From a virus (lineage: Duplodnaviria > Caudoviricetes), in IMG/VR virus record IMGVR_UViG_3300028581_003812, positions 1-59,269 of that record: a stretch of 59,269 bases of DNA; one strand, written 5' to 3'. The translations under genes were made by a program, and so were the position numbers. Below, piece after piece: positions 25,848 to 36,298 of this stretch; position 1 is the stretch's first letter, and the number at the start of each line of letters is the position of its first letter. A model generated the notes under the pieces. That model was not told the origin of the DNA and searched no databases. It saw only the letters and a program-made list of their open reading frames with translations.

Positions 25848-27866
25848 ATGGAAAAGGATGATACAAGCTCCAAGTTTGCAGCTGTATTGAACCTCTTGTC
25901 AGGCAATCCTGAAGATAAACAGTTAAAATCAAGGATTGCAGAAAAGCTCACCAAAGACAAGCAGGATGATGAGAGAAAGACCAGGTACAATCAAAAAGAG
26001 AGACTATATCAAGCTGTGCCCATTGTCATTGATGGATTCACCATGGATGGCACCAAAGGCTTAGTCAAAACACTCAAAGTGGCACTTGATGGCATGTTCA
26101 ATGTGGATGCCAAGAAGCCTGAAATCAAATTCCCCTGGTTACGAATGATACTCACTCTGTTGGCTTTTGCTGCTGGGCTAATCATAGGAGTTATTGCTGG
26201 TGCCATAAAAAGTATCAAGGATTGGGGTATGCTTGCAAAACGCCTGTTAGGCACATTGGGTGGAACCCTGCTGGGTGCATTTGACAGATTAAGAAAGTCA
26301 AAACTAGGTCAAATAGTGGATGAGTTGTTTGCTAATATGAAGGGTGTTTTTGTTAATTTGATTGAAAGAATTAAAAAAACTAAAACTGGCAAAATGATTG
26401 AAGAAATTTTTGATGCTTTGAGATCCAAATTTACTAATGTATTAGAAAATATAAAACAATTCAAACCTTCTGCATTTATTAAAAGTAAATTTAGTCTGGT
26501 CACAGAAGCTATTGAACTAATTTTTAATGCAATTAAAACTGCCATAAAAGAAAACGTAATTGTCACCACAGTTAGCAGAGTTTTTAATACCATTGGCGAA
26601 TTCTTCAAGCCATTGACCGATTTGCTACCCAAAATGCAAGGAGTCAAGCCATTTAAAATACTTGAACCCATTCTTGGCTTTTTTGATGACATTTTTAAAC
26701 TGGTGAGTGGGCCTTTCAAAGCTGGTCTTGCCCTAGGAAAAACTCTTGGCCGAGCATTGGGGCCCATTTTTGCTATTTTTGAGGTTTTCATAGGACTTTA
26801 TGAATCTTTTACGGATCCCAAGCTCAAAGACAAATCTTTCTTGCAAAAAGCAGTCACAGGTGTGGTCAAAGGCATAATTGAATTTTTTACTGGTATTACC
26901 AAACTAATTGGGTTAGATTTGTTTAATTTTGATGAAATAAGAGACAGAATAGATAAAATTTTCAGCGCATTCAAACAAGGCTTTCTGCCTGGCATAATGG
27001 TCTTAATAAACCAACTGGTGAGTACTATGACTTCCATACCCATGAAGATTGTAGGCTGGATTGTTGGCTGGTTTGACAAAGATGCTGGTAATGAAATTAA
27101 AGAACTGGGCAAAAACTATGATTATTTTGAAACACTTAAAACCCTTTGGAATTCTATCAAAGAAGTGGTCAGTCTGGCTTTTAATTGGTTCAAAGACATC
27201 TTCACTTGGGATAATATAAAATTAACTTTAATGAACAGCAAAGATTTCTATGTGAACAAATTTCATAGCCTTGTGGATAGTTTTAAAGACATTGTTCCTA
27301 AAATAATTGACTGGCTAAAGAGTTTATTTACCTGGGAAAATTTAAAAAACCTGTTCCTCAACACTACACCTGCAGGAGCAGTAATAAAAACAGCACTGTA
27401 TGTTGGCAAGAAGATCAAAGGAGCTGCGTCCAATGAATCAACAGGCCAACCTGTACCTGTTGGTGATTTAATAGATGACAATCAACGCACCATGTATTCC
27501 AAGCGCGGTGCATACTCATTTGATAAAAATGATCAAATTATAGCCATGAAGAAGGGTGGTCCCATTGAAGGAGTACTCAAAACATATGATACTCAAACTT
27601 CCAAGTCCATGGACCATGTAAAAAAATCACTTGAAGCTTTAGGCAAAAGACTGGAAACACACTTCAGTAAAACTGAAAAGTTTTATGATGCAGAATATAA
27701 GCTTTTAGCTGCTAATAACCAGGCATTGCTGCAGCTCAAAGACATGCCTAAACCCAGTTCAAATGTTATAGTGAATAACAGTTCAAACAGCACAGTGTTT
27801 AGCCAGAAAACCAATTCAAATAATGAATATAGATTTGATCTTGCTGGCAAGACATACGCTTATTAA
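25848..27866 (+). CDS. Putative tape measure / baseplate hub protein (gp29-like)
   Basis: Long amphipathic helical protein with periodic F/W, hydrophobic segments and a C-terminal NVIVNNSSN, within the tail module. Confidence 0.65.
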   Translation: MEKDDTSSKFAAVLNLLSGNPEDKQLKSRIAEKLTKDKQDDERKTRYNQKERLYQAVPIVIDGFTMDGTKGLVKTLKVALDGMFNVDAKKPEIKFPWLRMILTLLAFAAGLIIGVIAGAIKSIKDWGMLAKRLLGTLGGTLLGAFDRLRKSKLGQIVDELFANMKGVFVNLIERIKKTKTGKMIEEIFDALRSKFTNVLENIKQFKPSAFIKSKFSLVTEAIELIFNAIKTAIKENVIVTTVSRVFNTIGEFFKPLTDLLPKMQGVKPFKILEPILGFFDDIFKLVSGPFKAGLALGKTLGRALGPIFAIFEVFIGLYESFTDPKLKDKSFLQKAVTGVVKGIIEFFTGITKLIGLDLFNFDEIRDRIDKIFSAFKQGFLPGIMVLINQLVSTMTSIPMKIVGWIVGWFDKDAGNEIKELGKNYDYFETLKTLWNSIKEVVSLAFNWFKDIFTWDNIKLTLMNSKDFYVNKFHSLVDSFKDIVPKIIDWLKSLFTWENLKNLFLNTTPAGAVIKTALYVGKKIKGAASNESTGQPVPVGDLIDDNQRTMYSKRGAYSFDKNDQIIAMKKGGPIEGVLKTYDTQTSKSMDHVKKSLEALGKRLETHFSKTEKFYDAEYKLLAANNQALLQLKDMPKPSSNVIVNNSSNSTVFSQKTNSNNEYRFDLAGKTYAY

Positions 27867-27874
27867 GTAATCAT

Positions 27875-29137
27875 ATGGATCATGTGTTCTCAGTATCTAA
27901 ATCAAGAGCTTTCACAGGCTTTGACCCAGAGAATGATGCTGAACCACCCATTCTAGTATCACCCAACAATACCCCACTGGGGGCTGGACAGGGATCTAGC
28001 CTCAACACACCCTTGGGCAATACAGTTGATGTGGTTCGCAACTTCTACTGGACTTACAGCAAGCTAGGTGATGCTCGGCAAGAAGTGCCCAAGATTTATT
28101 TAAAAGAGTTGAAACTAAAGACAAATGCTCTCATTTCACAGTTGAAATACTCTTATGGTGTGACAAAAGAGACTGTGCAAGCGTTGGTAGGCGAATTACC
28201 AGATGCACTTAAAACTGCCATGACTTCTTACATAGGCAATACAGTTGCACAAGGTGAGAATTTTTTGCAGACTCTTTTGCCGCAAACAGTAGATAATAAT
28301 CCTGTATATGCAAAAAATCCTCAGCTCAATCCTTATAAAAATTTGTACATCACAGACCCCACTGGATGGGAATTTGTAATGCCATACTTCGAAAATTACA
28401 GCAACATGCAATCTAACACCTTTTCACAAGATGCAAATAATCCTTTTGTTGGGTTGATTAGCCAAGCAGCAGCTGGTGTGACTGACATTGCCAGTGCCAT
28501 GAGCATGCTGAGAAGCCCAACACAAATAAGTTTTGTTGAAAAATCTAAATTTTATAATTACAGTGAAGAAGGAGAGGAATTTACGTTCATGTTTCCTCTT
28601 ATCAACACAGGATCAGTTACTTTTGAGGATGTTATTAGAAATTGGGAATTAATTTTCTTGCTGCTATATAATAACAAACCTTCAAGAAAGAATAAATCGT
28701 TAATTGAACCACCAGTACTCTATCAAGTTGAAATACCAGGTGTAAAATTCTTGCCATTTTGTTATGTGTCACAAATGGCAGTAGACTTTCAAGGATCCCG
28801 TAGAGAGCTCTCATTTGACTTGCCATACATTGATAATTTAAACCTGGATGCAGCACCTCCAACAAGATTACCTGCAGGTTCGTCTGTGTTTAACAATTTA
28901 TTAAACAGAGTTTTTAATAGCACACCACAGGTCAGAGGGTTTGTTAATACTTCAACCCCCAGAAAAATCAATGCCATTATTCCTGATGCATATATTATCA
29001 AAATTACCTTAAAAAGCTTAATTGCGGAATCAAAGAATTTCATGTATTCTATTCTAAATCAAGGATCTCTTGTTTCCACAAGAACCATAGGAGATCAAGC
29101 ACAAGAAATAGTAAGAAATATAATTCCCGGTATTTAA
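27875..29137 (+). CDS. Putative baseplate tail-tube cap (gp48-like)
   Basis: FTFMFPL, EPPVLYQV, FCYVSQMAVDF and ITLKSL; lies immediately before the gp53-like gene. Confidence 0.5.
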   Translation: MDHVFSVSKSRAFTGFDPENDAEPPILVSPNNTPLGAGQGSSLNTPLGNTVDVVRNFYWTYSKLGDARQEVPKIYLKELKLKTNALISQLKYSYGVTKETVQALVGELPDALKTAMTSYIGNTVAQGENFLQTLLPQTVDNNPVYAKNPQLNPYKNLYITDPTGWEFVMPYFENYSNMQSNTFSQDANNPFVGLISQAAAGVTDIASAMSMLRSPTQISFVEKSKFYNYSEEGEEFTFMFPLINTGSVTFEDVIRNWELIFLLLYNNKPSRKNKSLIEPPVLYQVEIPGVKFLPFCYVSQMAVDFQGSRRELSFDLPYIDNLNLDAAPPTRLPAGSSVFNNLLNRVFNSTPQVRGFVNTSTPRKINAIIPDAYIIKITLKSLIAESKNFMYSILNQGSLVSTRTIGDQAQEIVRNIIPGI

Positions 29138-29157
29138 ATTAATTATTAAGTATTAAT

Positions 29158-29523
29158 ATGTTAGGTGTTAAACAAAATTCTATTCAAAACTTGCCACAAC
29201 TTAAAAATACACGTTATGAAAATATTTTTAAGCTGTACACTACAGGCAACAAGCAGTATTATTACAACCTGTTGCAGTCAATTTACCTGCCTCAAGACAT
29301 AGATGATAATTACATCCTGTATCAACAGATCAATCAAAAAACTCCATGGACCATCATAAGTTTTAATGCATATAAGACAATAGATTTATGGTGGTTAATA
29401 TGTCTGACAAATAAGATTTATAATCCAATAAAATTTCCTGAAGCAGGCTCTGTTGTTAAAATTATCAAACCTCAATACATAGCTACAGTTTTAAGTGAAA
29501 TTAAACAAGCAGTAAGAGCATAA
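29158..29523 (+). CDS. Baseplate wedge protein (T4 gp53-like, LysM-like)
   Basis: WTIISFNAYKTIDLWWLICLTNKIYNP...GSVVKII. Confidence 0.75.
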   Translation: MLGVKQNSIQNLPQLKNTRYENIFKLYTTGNKQYYYNLLQSIYLPQDIDDNYILYQQINQKTPWTIISFNAYKTIDLWWLICLTNKIYNPIKFPEAGSVVKIIKPQYIATVLSEIKQAVRA

Positions 29524-29524
29524 T

Positions 29525-31096
29525 ATGGCCAATATTATAGTCAATACATCAGGCGATAGTGACTTTAAAGATGTAATTAATAATAACACCTATCGCTTTA
29601 AGGTGGGACTGGCTTCAGCTGATGGCAGATATCAGGAATTAAAAATAGGTGCAATAAATTCTTTAGTTATTGAAGACAATTTTACAGAGTTCTATCACAA
29701 AGGATATATTGTTTTAAATAATAATTTTGATGCTGTAGAAAGAATTTCAGATTTTTTTAACAAGGAAAAATCATCCGTATCAACTACTTTTACACCAAAT
29801 AAAGGATTCATATTTAAAGGTGATTGTAGAGATTTGTTAATCATAGACATCTTACCCAAACTAGATGAAGGTGTTGGGTATGCTGATAGTGCAGCCGGTA
29901 ATAACGTATTTAGATTGCTATTTAATTTTGCCATATATAACACTGAAGAGGTTGCTGGCAGTTTGCCTGGTGAAAAATACAAAAAGCTGTATTTTTGGGA
30001 TTTATATTATGAGATCTTAAGAGAAAAAAATTCATATTTCTCTACTGCTAATTATGTGGACAAAGAAAATGTAACAGAATTATCAGACGACGACAGAGCA
30101 ATATACACAGGTGACGCCATTAAGAACTTTTTAAAAGACTTTTTCAATGAAAAGGATGGCTTGCCTGTAATCATAAGTGATAACAATTTTGATCAAGGAT
30201 CCACAAAAATATTTTTTTCTGCCCCTGCTAGTTACAAAGGAATAGATTGTCTTACATACTTATTAGAAACACATGTCTCTAGTAAGGCTAACAACTTTGA
30301 TCAAAGCTTCCTAAGACTAAATAGAAGTTCACAGGAATTTACGTTTGAAAGTTTAGGCAAATCATTTTCCAAGGCATTAAACAATAATAGTAGTTCTGCT
30401 GGCGCATTAATTGGTGAAGAGTATTCAGAGACATTTAAATTAGGTACATATTCAGACAGTGATAATGGATACCAAATAGAAAAAGTCAGCTTCACACCAT
30501 CTAATGCTCTTTATTTAGGCAAATATGGCACTATTAATAATTTTACATATGATCCAATGCCTGGAGAAATTTCACAAAATGAATTGGCATCTTATTTAGT
30601 TCATAGCTACAGTACTGGTGAAAAATCTTTTAATGTGGATGAGAATGGAAATTCTATAAACGCTGTATTAAGTGCGTATTTTACCAATTATGTAACACCT
30701 TTTAACAAGCTCAGTTATGACAATGCATATTCTAACTTTTTTCCTGGTGAATACAGACAGATGCAAAAAAATGTAAGAAATATTTTTTCTGTGGTGGAAG
30801 ATGACCCCGACCAACGTCTAAGTGATGGAAGAAACAGGGCTTTATTTAGCTCTGTATTTTTTAATAACTCAGTTTTATTCAGAGTGCCTGGCAGTACACA
30901 CAGACAGGCTGGTAAATTCATAGGAATTGATAGAGATGGTGCACAGCCTTACAGTGATTTTGATAGTAAAATCCTGGGTGTCTATTATGTAATTCAAGCA
31001 AGACATATTTTTGAAGGCAATGAATACTATAATGATCTTCGCTGTGTCAAGACCTATAGTTATGACAATCTCTTCCTAAATACTAAATCAAAATAA
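29525..31096 (+). CDS. Putative baseplate hub (gp27/VgrG-like)
   Basis: SLVIEDNF...KGYIVL at the N-terminus and FRVPGSTHRQAGKFI...GVYYVIQARHIF at the C-terminus. Confidence 0.6.
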   Translation: MANIIVNTSGDSDFKDVINNNTYRFKVGLASADGRYQELKIGAINSLVIEDNFTEFYHKGYIVLNNNFDAVERISDFFNKEKSSVSTTFTPNKGFIFKGDCRDLLIIDILPKLDEGVGYADSAAGNNVFRLLFNFAIYNTEEVAGSLPGEKYKKLYFWDLYYEILREKNSYFSTANYVDKENVTELSDDDRAIYTGDAIKNFLKDFFNEKDGLPVIISDNNFDQGSTKIFFSAPASYKGIDCLTYLLETHVSSKANNFDQSFLRLNRSSQEFTFESLGKSFSKALNNNSSSAGALIGEEYSETFKLGTYSDSDNGYQIEKVSFTPSNALYLGKYGTINNFTYDPMPGEISQNELASYLVHSYSTGEKSFNVDENGNSINAVLSAYFTNYVTPFNKLSYDNAYSNFFPGEYRQMQKNVRNIFSVVEDDPDQRLSDGRNRALFSSVFFNNSVLFRVPGSTHRQAGKFIGIDRDGAQPYSDFDSKILGVYYVIQARHIFEGNEYYNDLRCVKTYSYDNLFLNTKSK

Positions 31097-31097
31097 T

Positions 31098-33236
31098 ATG
31101 GTACGCACATCCACAAAAACTTGTTATCCAGACTTAGTTGATGCACACATTGCCAATGACATAAACTCTGTTAAAAAATTTACAAATTATTTAAATTCCA
31201 TAGGCAGCATCAATTATGATCCCAAGCTTGATTCTGCTGCAACCTCATCCTCCATAGTAACAAAATCCACAACATCTCCACTCTATGTAAATAATAAACC
31301 CACTTCAACTATTAATAGTGATGGATCATATGAAGTGGAAGCGCGTATCACTTTCTATTCACCAGATGAGCCAACTTCCGATTACAACACACGTCAAGGA
31401 TTAGCATCAAAAACTGATGTTTATGGTAAACTACAACAGGGCAAGAGTGTTGCAATTGACCCAGCCATAATTCCATATGGAACTAACATATCCATTCCAT
31501 CATTAGGGGATAATTTTATTGCCATGGATACAGGTGGCGCAGTCATAAGACGCACAGCAAGTCGCAACACTGGTGGTCAACCAGTTATTGATGTGTTTGT
31601 TAGTTCATATGCAGAGCAGTTAAAACTTGAGCGCAATTATCCTTCAGTTATTAAAGTTAAAGTCAATCAATCTGCTCCATTTACAGCCTCTCCAGTTGCT
31701 TTCACCTCACCTGTCACTACCTCTGAAATAACTTCTGTTTCATTAAATGAATTGTCAATAGCAGGAGGCAAGAGAGATCTTAATGGAGATCTCACCCCAC
31801 AAGCTGCAACATGCATTGATTATCATAACCAGGTTAAGAGTGGCAATCCAATTACAAATATTTCAGATTTTTTCTCTAAATTAGACAAAGACGTTTTAAG
31901 CAATTATGATAATGACTTTATTTTCTTCTGGTATAAGAAATATAAAAATGCCATAGAAGTTATCAAAGAACAAACTGAGTTGCAGGATAAATCTTTTTTT
32001 GATGAACCTAGTGACAGTATTGGGCTATTAGCCAACTCGCGAGTAAAATTTGATGATGCTGTTTCACCCTTATTCGATTTAAATTGCTCTTTTGGTGCGC
32101 CCAATACCATACCCACACAATTAGCTAATAAATTAAGCAATAGTGCAAGAGATGTGAATGAAGAGTTAAGCATAAAAACATCCACTCTGATGAAAACCAA
32201 CTTAATCAACTTGCAACGAGTCAATGACACCTACAATATTGCATCTGACTCCACACAGTCTCATGGTTTAAACTTAATAACAGATTTAAATTATTATCTG
32301 GATGCATACAATTCGCTTCCCAGCCTTGTTAGCAGCATAACCACTGAACTGGGGCGAACTTATGAATATGTCTGTTATTTTAGCAACATTAATGATAAAA
32401 CTGGGTATAACCCCAGAGATTACTTGTCCTGCAACATTCAAAACATGCCAAACATACAATATTCTGCTAATGTGGAAAACACTTTACAGAATTTTGACGC
32501 TGCTCATAATCCTGTTAAAGAGTCACGATCTTCTAGAACCATAGCCAAAGCATTGGGTAATGTAGTGCAAACATCAGAGCAACCCAAATTCACTACAAAA
32601 GAAATTAATAACAGATTCAAGTATACAGCAAGAACTTTCAATCTGCCTAAACCTGCATCTCTCACACAATCTGCTCAAGCAAAACTCAATGCAGCTCTTA
32701 GCAATATTAAAATACCAAACGCAAACTTGTCACTTCTTAACAATGAAATTAATAGATTGGGCATATCCAACTTGCCTGGCGGTCAAGCCCTCACTGCACC
32801 TGTTACATATCTAACAAAATCAGTTAACAATATAAATTCATTAGTACAATCTCCAACGTTAAATATGCCTAATATATTACCTTCCCTGGACCCAGGGTCG
32901 TTTCCTGAAATTGCTGCTCTAATAACTGATACCAACTTTAGTGATTTAAAAATTACTAATCCTATTGCTCTGCTTCAATCTGCAGAGCAAATAAAAAATG
33001 TAGCTTGTAACTTCAGATTGCCAGTCATCGGCGATGTTGACTTTGGAGATTTTCTAACTGGCGATTTGGATTTTGACATAGAGTCGTTGGAAGCTAAATT
33101 TAGAAGCATTACTTCCAAGTTCCCCAAGGAAGATGACTTTGTCAAGTTCTTTACGAAACTTGTACCAGACTTTAAGGGTGTTTGGAAAGACTTTTATAGC
33201 AGATTTTTCGAATGCAGCAACAAGAGTGATTCTTAA
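31098..33236 (+). CDS. Tail-associated protein with 3D (MltA-like) peptidoglycan-lytic domain
   Basis: ARITFY...VAIDPAIIPYGT...AMDTGGAV...VIDVFV supplies the three conserved Asp of the 3D domain. Confidence 0.75.
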   Translation: MVRTSTKTCYPDLVDAHIANDINSVKKFTNYLNSIGSINYDPKLDSAATSSSIVTKSTTSPLYVNNKPTSTINSDGSYEVEARITFYSPDEPTSDYNTRQGLASKTDVYGKLQQGKSVAIDPAIIPYGTNISIPSLGDNFIAMDTGGAVIRRTASRNTGGQPVIDVFVSSYAEQLKLERNYPSVIKVKVNQSAPFTASPVAFTSPVTTSEITSVSLNELSIAGGKRDLNGDLTPQAATCIDYHNQVKSGNPITNISDFFSKLDKDVLSNYDNDFIFFWYKKYKNAIEVIKEQTELQDKSFFDEPSDSIGLLANSRVKFDDAVSPLFDLNCSFGAPNTIPTQLANKLSNSARDVNEELSIKTSTLMKTNLINLQRVNDTYNIASDSTQSHGLNLITDLNYYLDAYNSLPSLVSSITTELGRTYEYVCYFSNINDKTGYNPRDYLSCNIQNMPNIQYSANVENTLQNFDAAHNPVKESRSSRTIAKALGNVVQTSEQPKFTTKEINNRFKYTARTFNLPKPASLTQSAQAKLNAALSNIKIPNANLSLLNNEINRLGISNLPGGQALTAPVTYLTKSVNNINSLVQSPTLNMPNILPSLDPGSFPEIAALITDTNFSDLKITNPIALLQSAEQIKNVACNFRLPVIGDVDFGDFLTGDLDFDIESLEAKFRSITSKFPKEDDFVKFFTKLVPDFKGVWKDFYSRFFECSNKSDS

Positions 33237-33700
33237 TCTTTTACAACTTCTGCATCAATAATCTTAGCACTGTTGTTTGCACTGTCGATAAGCATCTTGA
33301 AGACCTGCTCTCTTGTAGCCAACAGCTTGGTATTACTATCCACTTCCTTGAGCTCTCTTCTGGATGCTATGTCCATTTCTTTTGCTTTTATGAGCGCTTC
33401 ATTGCGCTTGTCAGTAACTATGATTTTATTTAGTGTTTCAATGGCAGTTGCTGTTGCAGCTATGAGATCAGAGAGTGAACCCACATCTTTACTTTCAGGC
33501 GCTGAAGAGATATAATCCTTCACATTGGTCATTACTTCCAAGCTCTCTTCCACCAGCTTGCCAGCTTTCTCTATAACAAATCTTTCCATGTTATCCTTGG
33601 TAAGTGGATTTGATTCCTTTTTGACTGACTCAGCTTTTTTATTGGCATCTTTCAATTGATCCAATAAAGTACCTACCATCTCGTTAAGCTCTTCACTCAT
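33233..33700 (-). CDS. Putative terminase small subunit (T4 gp16-like)
   Basis: 155-aa helical protein. KLVEESLEVM...SKDVGSLSDLIAA...LLATREQVFKML resembles the gp16 pattern. Late promoter 5 nt upstream. Confidence 0.55.
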   Translation of the reverse strand: MSEELNEMVGTLLDQLKDANKKAESVKKESNPLTKDNMERFVIEKAGKLVEESLEVMTNVKDYISSAPESKDVGSLSDLIAATATAIETLNKIIVTDKRNEALIKAKEMDIASRRELKEVDSNTKLLATREQVFKMLIDSANNSAKIIDAEVVKD

Positions 33701-33751
33701 AATATTATTTATCGTATATTGATTTTTATAAACCTAATATATAATAAGATT

Positions 33752-34216
33752 ATGTACAATATAGACAATACAGATCCTAATACTAAGTTTTTGCCAAGGT
33801 TAAAATTTGAAAAAACGCATGATTTAGCCAAATTACCCACAAAGAATCATGAGCATGACACTGGGTATGATGTATATTCCATTGAAGATGCTGATATACC
33901 CGCACGAGGAAGCGCCACAGTAGGCGTTGGTCTAAAATTTGCTTCCATTCCAGAGGGTTACTGGGTGAAGGTTGAATCGCGTAGCGGTCTAGGGTTTAAG
34001 CATGGTATCATGGCACATCCAGGCATCATTGATTGTGGATACAGAGGTGATGCTGGTGTGAAACTTTACAATTTTACTGATATTCCCTATCAAGTGAAAG
34101 CTGGTGATAGGATTGCCCAGTTTGTTGTGTACTTGAATTTTTCAATGCCTGTGGAATGGGGCATTATGGAAGAAACTGTACGAGGTGACAAGGGGTTTGG
34201 TTCATCAGGTAAATAA
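33752..34216 (+). CDS. dut: Trimeric dUTPase
   Basis: Motifs GYDVY, SRSGLG, GIIDCGYRG, GDRIAQ and RGDKGFGSSG. Start ATG 33752 lies behind TTGATT...TATAAT. Confidence 0.97.
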   Translation: MYNIDNTDPNTKFLPRLKFEKTHDLAKLPTKNHEHDTGYDVYSIEDADIPARGSATVGVGLKFASIPEGYWVKVESRSGLGFKHGIMAHPGIIDCGYRGDAGVKLYNFTDIPYQVKAGDRIAQFVVYLNFSMPVEWGIMEETVRGDKGFGSSGK

Positions 34217-35145
34217 TGAATTTGGATTTTAAAAATCTTTGGGTCGAAAAGTATAGACCGGTTGAATTGACAGATTTTATCATATCTGAAAAAAACAAAT
34301 CCATCATTGAATCCTTCTACACCACCAAAGAAATACCAAACCTATTATTTTTAGGCACACCTGGATTAGGCAAAACAACACTAGCTAAAATTATTGTAAA
34401 AAGCATCTTAGATTGTCAGTACCTGTATATTAATGCCAGTGATGAAAATGGCATTGATACAATTCGTAGCAAGGTAACCAGTTTTGCACAAACAAAAAGC
34501 TTTGATGGCAAAATAAAAGTTATTATCTTGGATGAAACAGACGGCTTGTCTCTGGATGCTCAACGTGCTCTTCGCAATACAATGGAAGAGTTCGCTAAGA
34601 TTACCAGGTTCATTTTGACTGCTAATTACAAACATCGAGTCATTGCTGCATTGCAAAGTCGTTGTCAAAGCCTGGATTTGACACCACCCCTGGACGGAGT
34701 TGTTAGAAGATGTGTGTTCATATTGAAAAATGAGACTATTGCAATTGATGCAACACAAAAAAGCTTGCTACTTGACTTTATAAAATCCAATTACCCAGAC
34801 TTACGCAAATGCATAAATGAGCTTCAAAAAAATTCTATTGACAAGAAGCTTAGCTTAGTTTCAAATAATAATAATGATGTTCTTAATTTAATATTTCAAG
34901 AAGTTAAGAATAAAAATGTTCTAGCATTGCGCAAGGCATTAATAGAAAATGAATCTAAATTTAATAATGATTACACTACTCTGTTGAGACATTTATTTAA
35001 TTTCATATATAACGCCGAGCTCACTGATGACATGAAACGCATCCACTTGCTCACATTATCTGAATATATTTACAGAAGCAGTTTTGTAGTGGATCAAGAA
35101 ATCAATTGTTTTAGCTGCCTGATAGCGCTATCAAATATTACTTAG
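34216..35145 (+). CDS. Clamp loader AAA+ subunit (T4 gp44 / RFC-like)
   Basis: LWVEKYRP, GTPGLGKTT, INASDENGID, IILDETD, AQRALR, LQSRC and PDLRKCIN. Confidence 0.95.
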   Translation: MNLDFKNLWVEKYRPVELTDFIISEKNKSIIESFYTTKEIPNLLFLGTPGLGKTTLAKIIVKSILDCQYLYINASDENGIDTIRSKVTSFAQTKSFDGKIKVIILDETDGLSLDAQRALRNTMEEFAKITRFILTANYKHRVIAALQSRCQSLDLTPPLDGVVRRCVFILKNETIAIDATQKSLLLDFIKSNYPDLRKCINELQKNSIDKKLSLVSNNNNDVLNLIFQEVKNKNVLALRKALIENESKFNNDYTTLLRHLFNFIYNAELTDDMKRIHLLTLSEYIYRSSFVVDQEINCFSCLIALSNIT

Positions 35146-35746
35146 GCAGGTATTGATAGGTGTAGCTAGCTGGGTCAGCTGCACCTTTCACTGGCTCAGA
35201 AGGAATTCTAATGTTAGTATTTTTCAATTCTCTATCACCTTCTGACAACTTGCCATCACCTAAATCGGATAGTTTGGTTTGATTTGGAGCAAGGAAAGGT
35301 GTTTCGTTCTGCTTATCTTTAAAAACCTTGGGCTTGATATGAGCTCTACGACTTGGATCATCTTTTTTGAACACTTCTGGCACACTGGGCAGATTGGGGT
35401 ATGAGGAGGGCTCTGTTTCTGCAATATGAGCTGGTATGGTGCAAAAATCACCATATCTGCCAGGTGCAGTTTCAGTAGTAATATCCAGATTAAATTGTGT
35501 ACCATTGTAATCAGTATTGCCTGCACCCCCCACATTTGGTCTCACATTCTTAACTGCAGAGACTCTCAGATGTAATCCGCTGCTAACCATTTGTTTGAGT
35601 TTTTCCTGTGTGTTGGTGCCCAATGATCTAAACCATGGATCACTAAATGCATCTTTCTTAAATTTTATGATATCACCAGCTAAAAACCCTCCTAGAGTGT
35701 ACCTTTGCATGGCAGATTCGTACAATTTGACAAAGTTCCTGTTCAT
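35138..35746 (-). CDS. Hypothetical late protein
   Basis: 202 aa with TAAATA 6 nt upstream and N-terminal KLYES. Confidence 0.6.
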   Translation of the reverse strand: MNRNFVKLYESAMQRYTLGGFLAGDIIKFKKDAFSDPWFRSLGTNTQEKLKQMVSSGLHLRVSAVKNVRPNVGGAGNTDYNGTQFNLDITTETAPGRYGDFCTIPAHIAETEPSSYPNLPSVPEVFKKDDPSRRAHIKPKVFKDKQNETPFLAPNQTKLSDLGDGKLSEGDRELKNTNIRIPSEPVKGAADPASYTYQYLPK

Positions 35747-35816
35747 CTCAATTATTTAATGTTTTTATTATGCATAAAACTGTTTTTAAACAAATAAAGT
35801 TTAGATAAATAATAAC

Positions 35817-36296
35817 GTGGCCACCATTAAAGTCAATTCCATTGCTCAGCCCAAAAAACCATCTAGTAAGTTCACGTACACAGATTTAATGCTGGATCTG
35901 GAATTTAGCTACACACAAAACAATGAATTTCTTAAGAACAAGGAAATTAAAGACTTGGAAATCAATTATGACTATGCCGCAATTAGAAATTCCATCTTCA
36001 ACATCATAACTACAATGCCTGGACAAAGAATTTTAAATCCATACTTTGGAACCAATATTGATAGGTATCTTTTTAACAGAGTTAGCGAAATTAATGCAAG
36101 AAGCATAGGCAATGAAATTCTGCAATCTATATCAAATTTTGAACCAAGAGTCACAGTTCAAAACATTGATATTGCAGTGGATGAAATTTTGCAATCTTAT
36201 GTAATAACCCTGTCCCTAAATATTGCCACCGTTGAAACTGCAAGTAGCTTTCAACTAGTTGGCACTCTAAGTAACACTGGATTCTTTTTCAATTAA
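35817..36296 (+). CDS. Baseplate wedge protein (T4 gp25-like)
   Basis: AIRNSIFNIITTMPGQRILNPYFGT...LF...FEPRV. Confidence 0.92.
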   Translation: MATIKVNSIAQPKKPSSKFTYTDLMLDLEFSYTQNNEFLKNKEIKDLEINYDYAAIRNSIFNIITTMPGQRILNPYFGTNIDRYLFNRVSEINARSIGNEILQSISNFEPRVTVQNIDIAVDEILQSYVITLSLNIATVETASSFQLVGTLSNTGFFFN

Positions 36297-36298
36297 TT

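Noticed and set aside
26009-27481. Series of antisense ORFs within the tape-measure-like gene
   Set aside because: Shadow ORFs from codon bias, with no expression signals.
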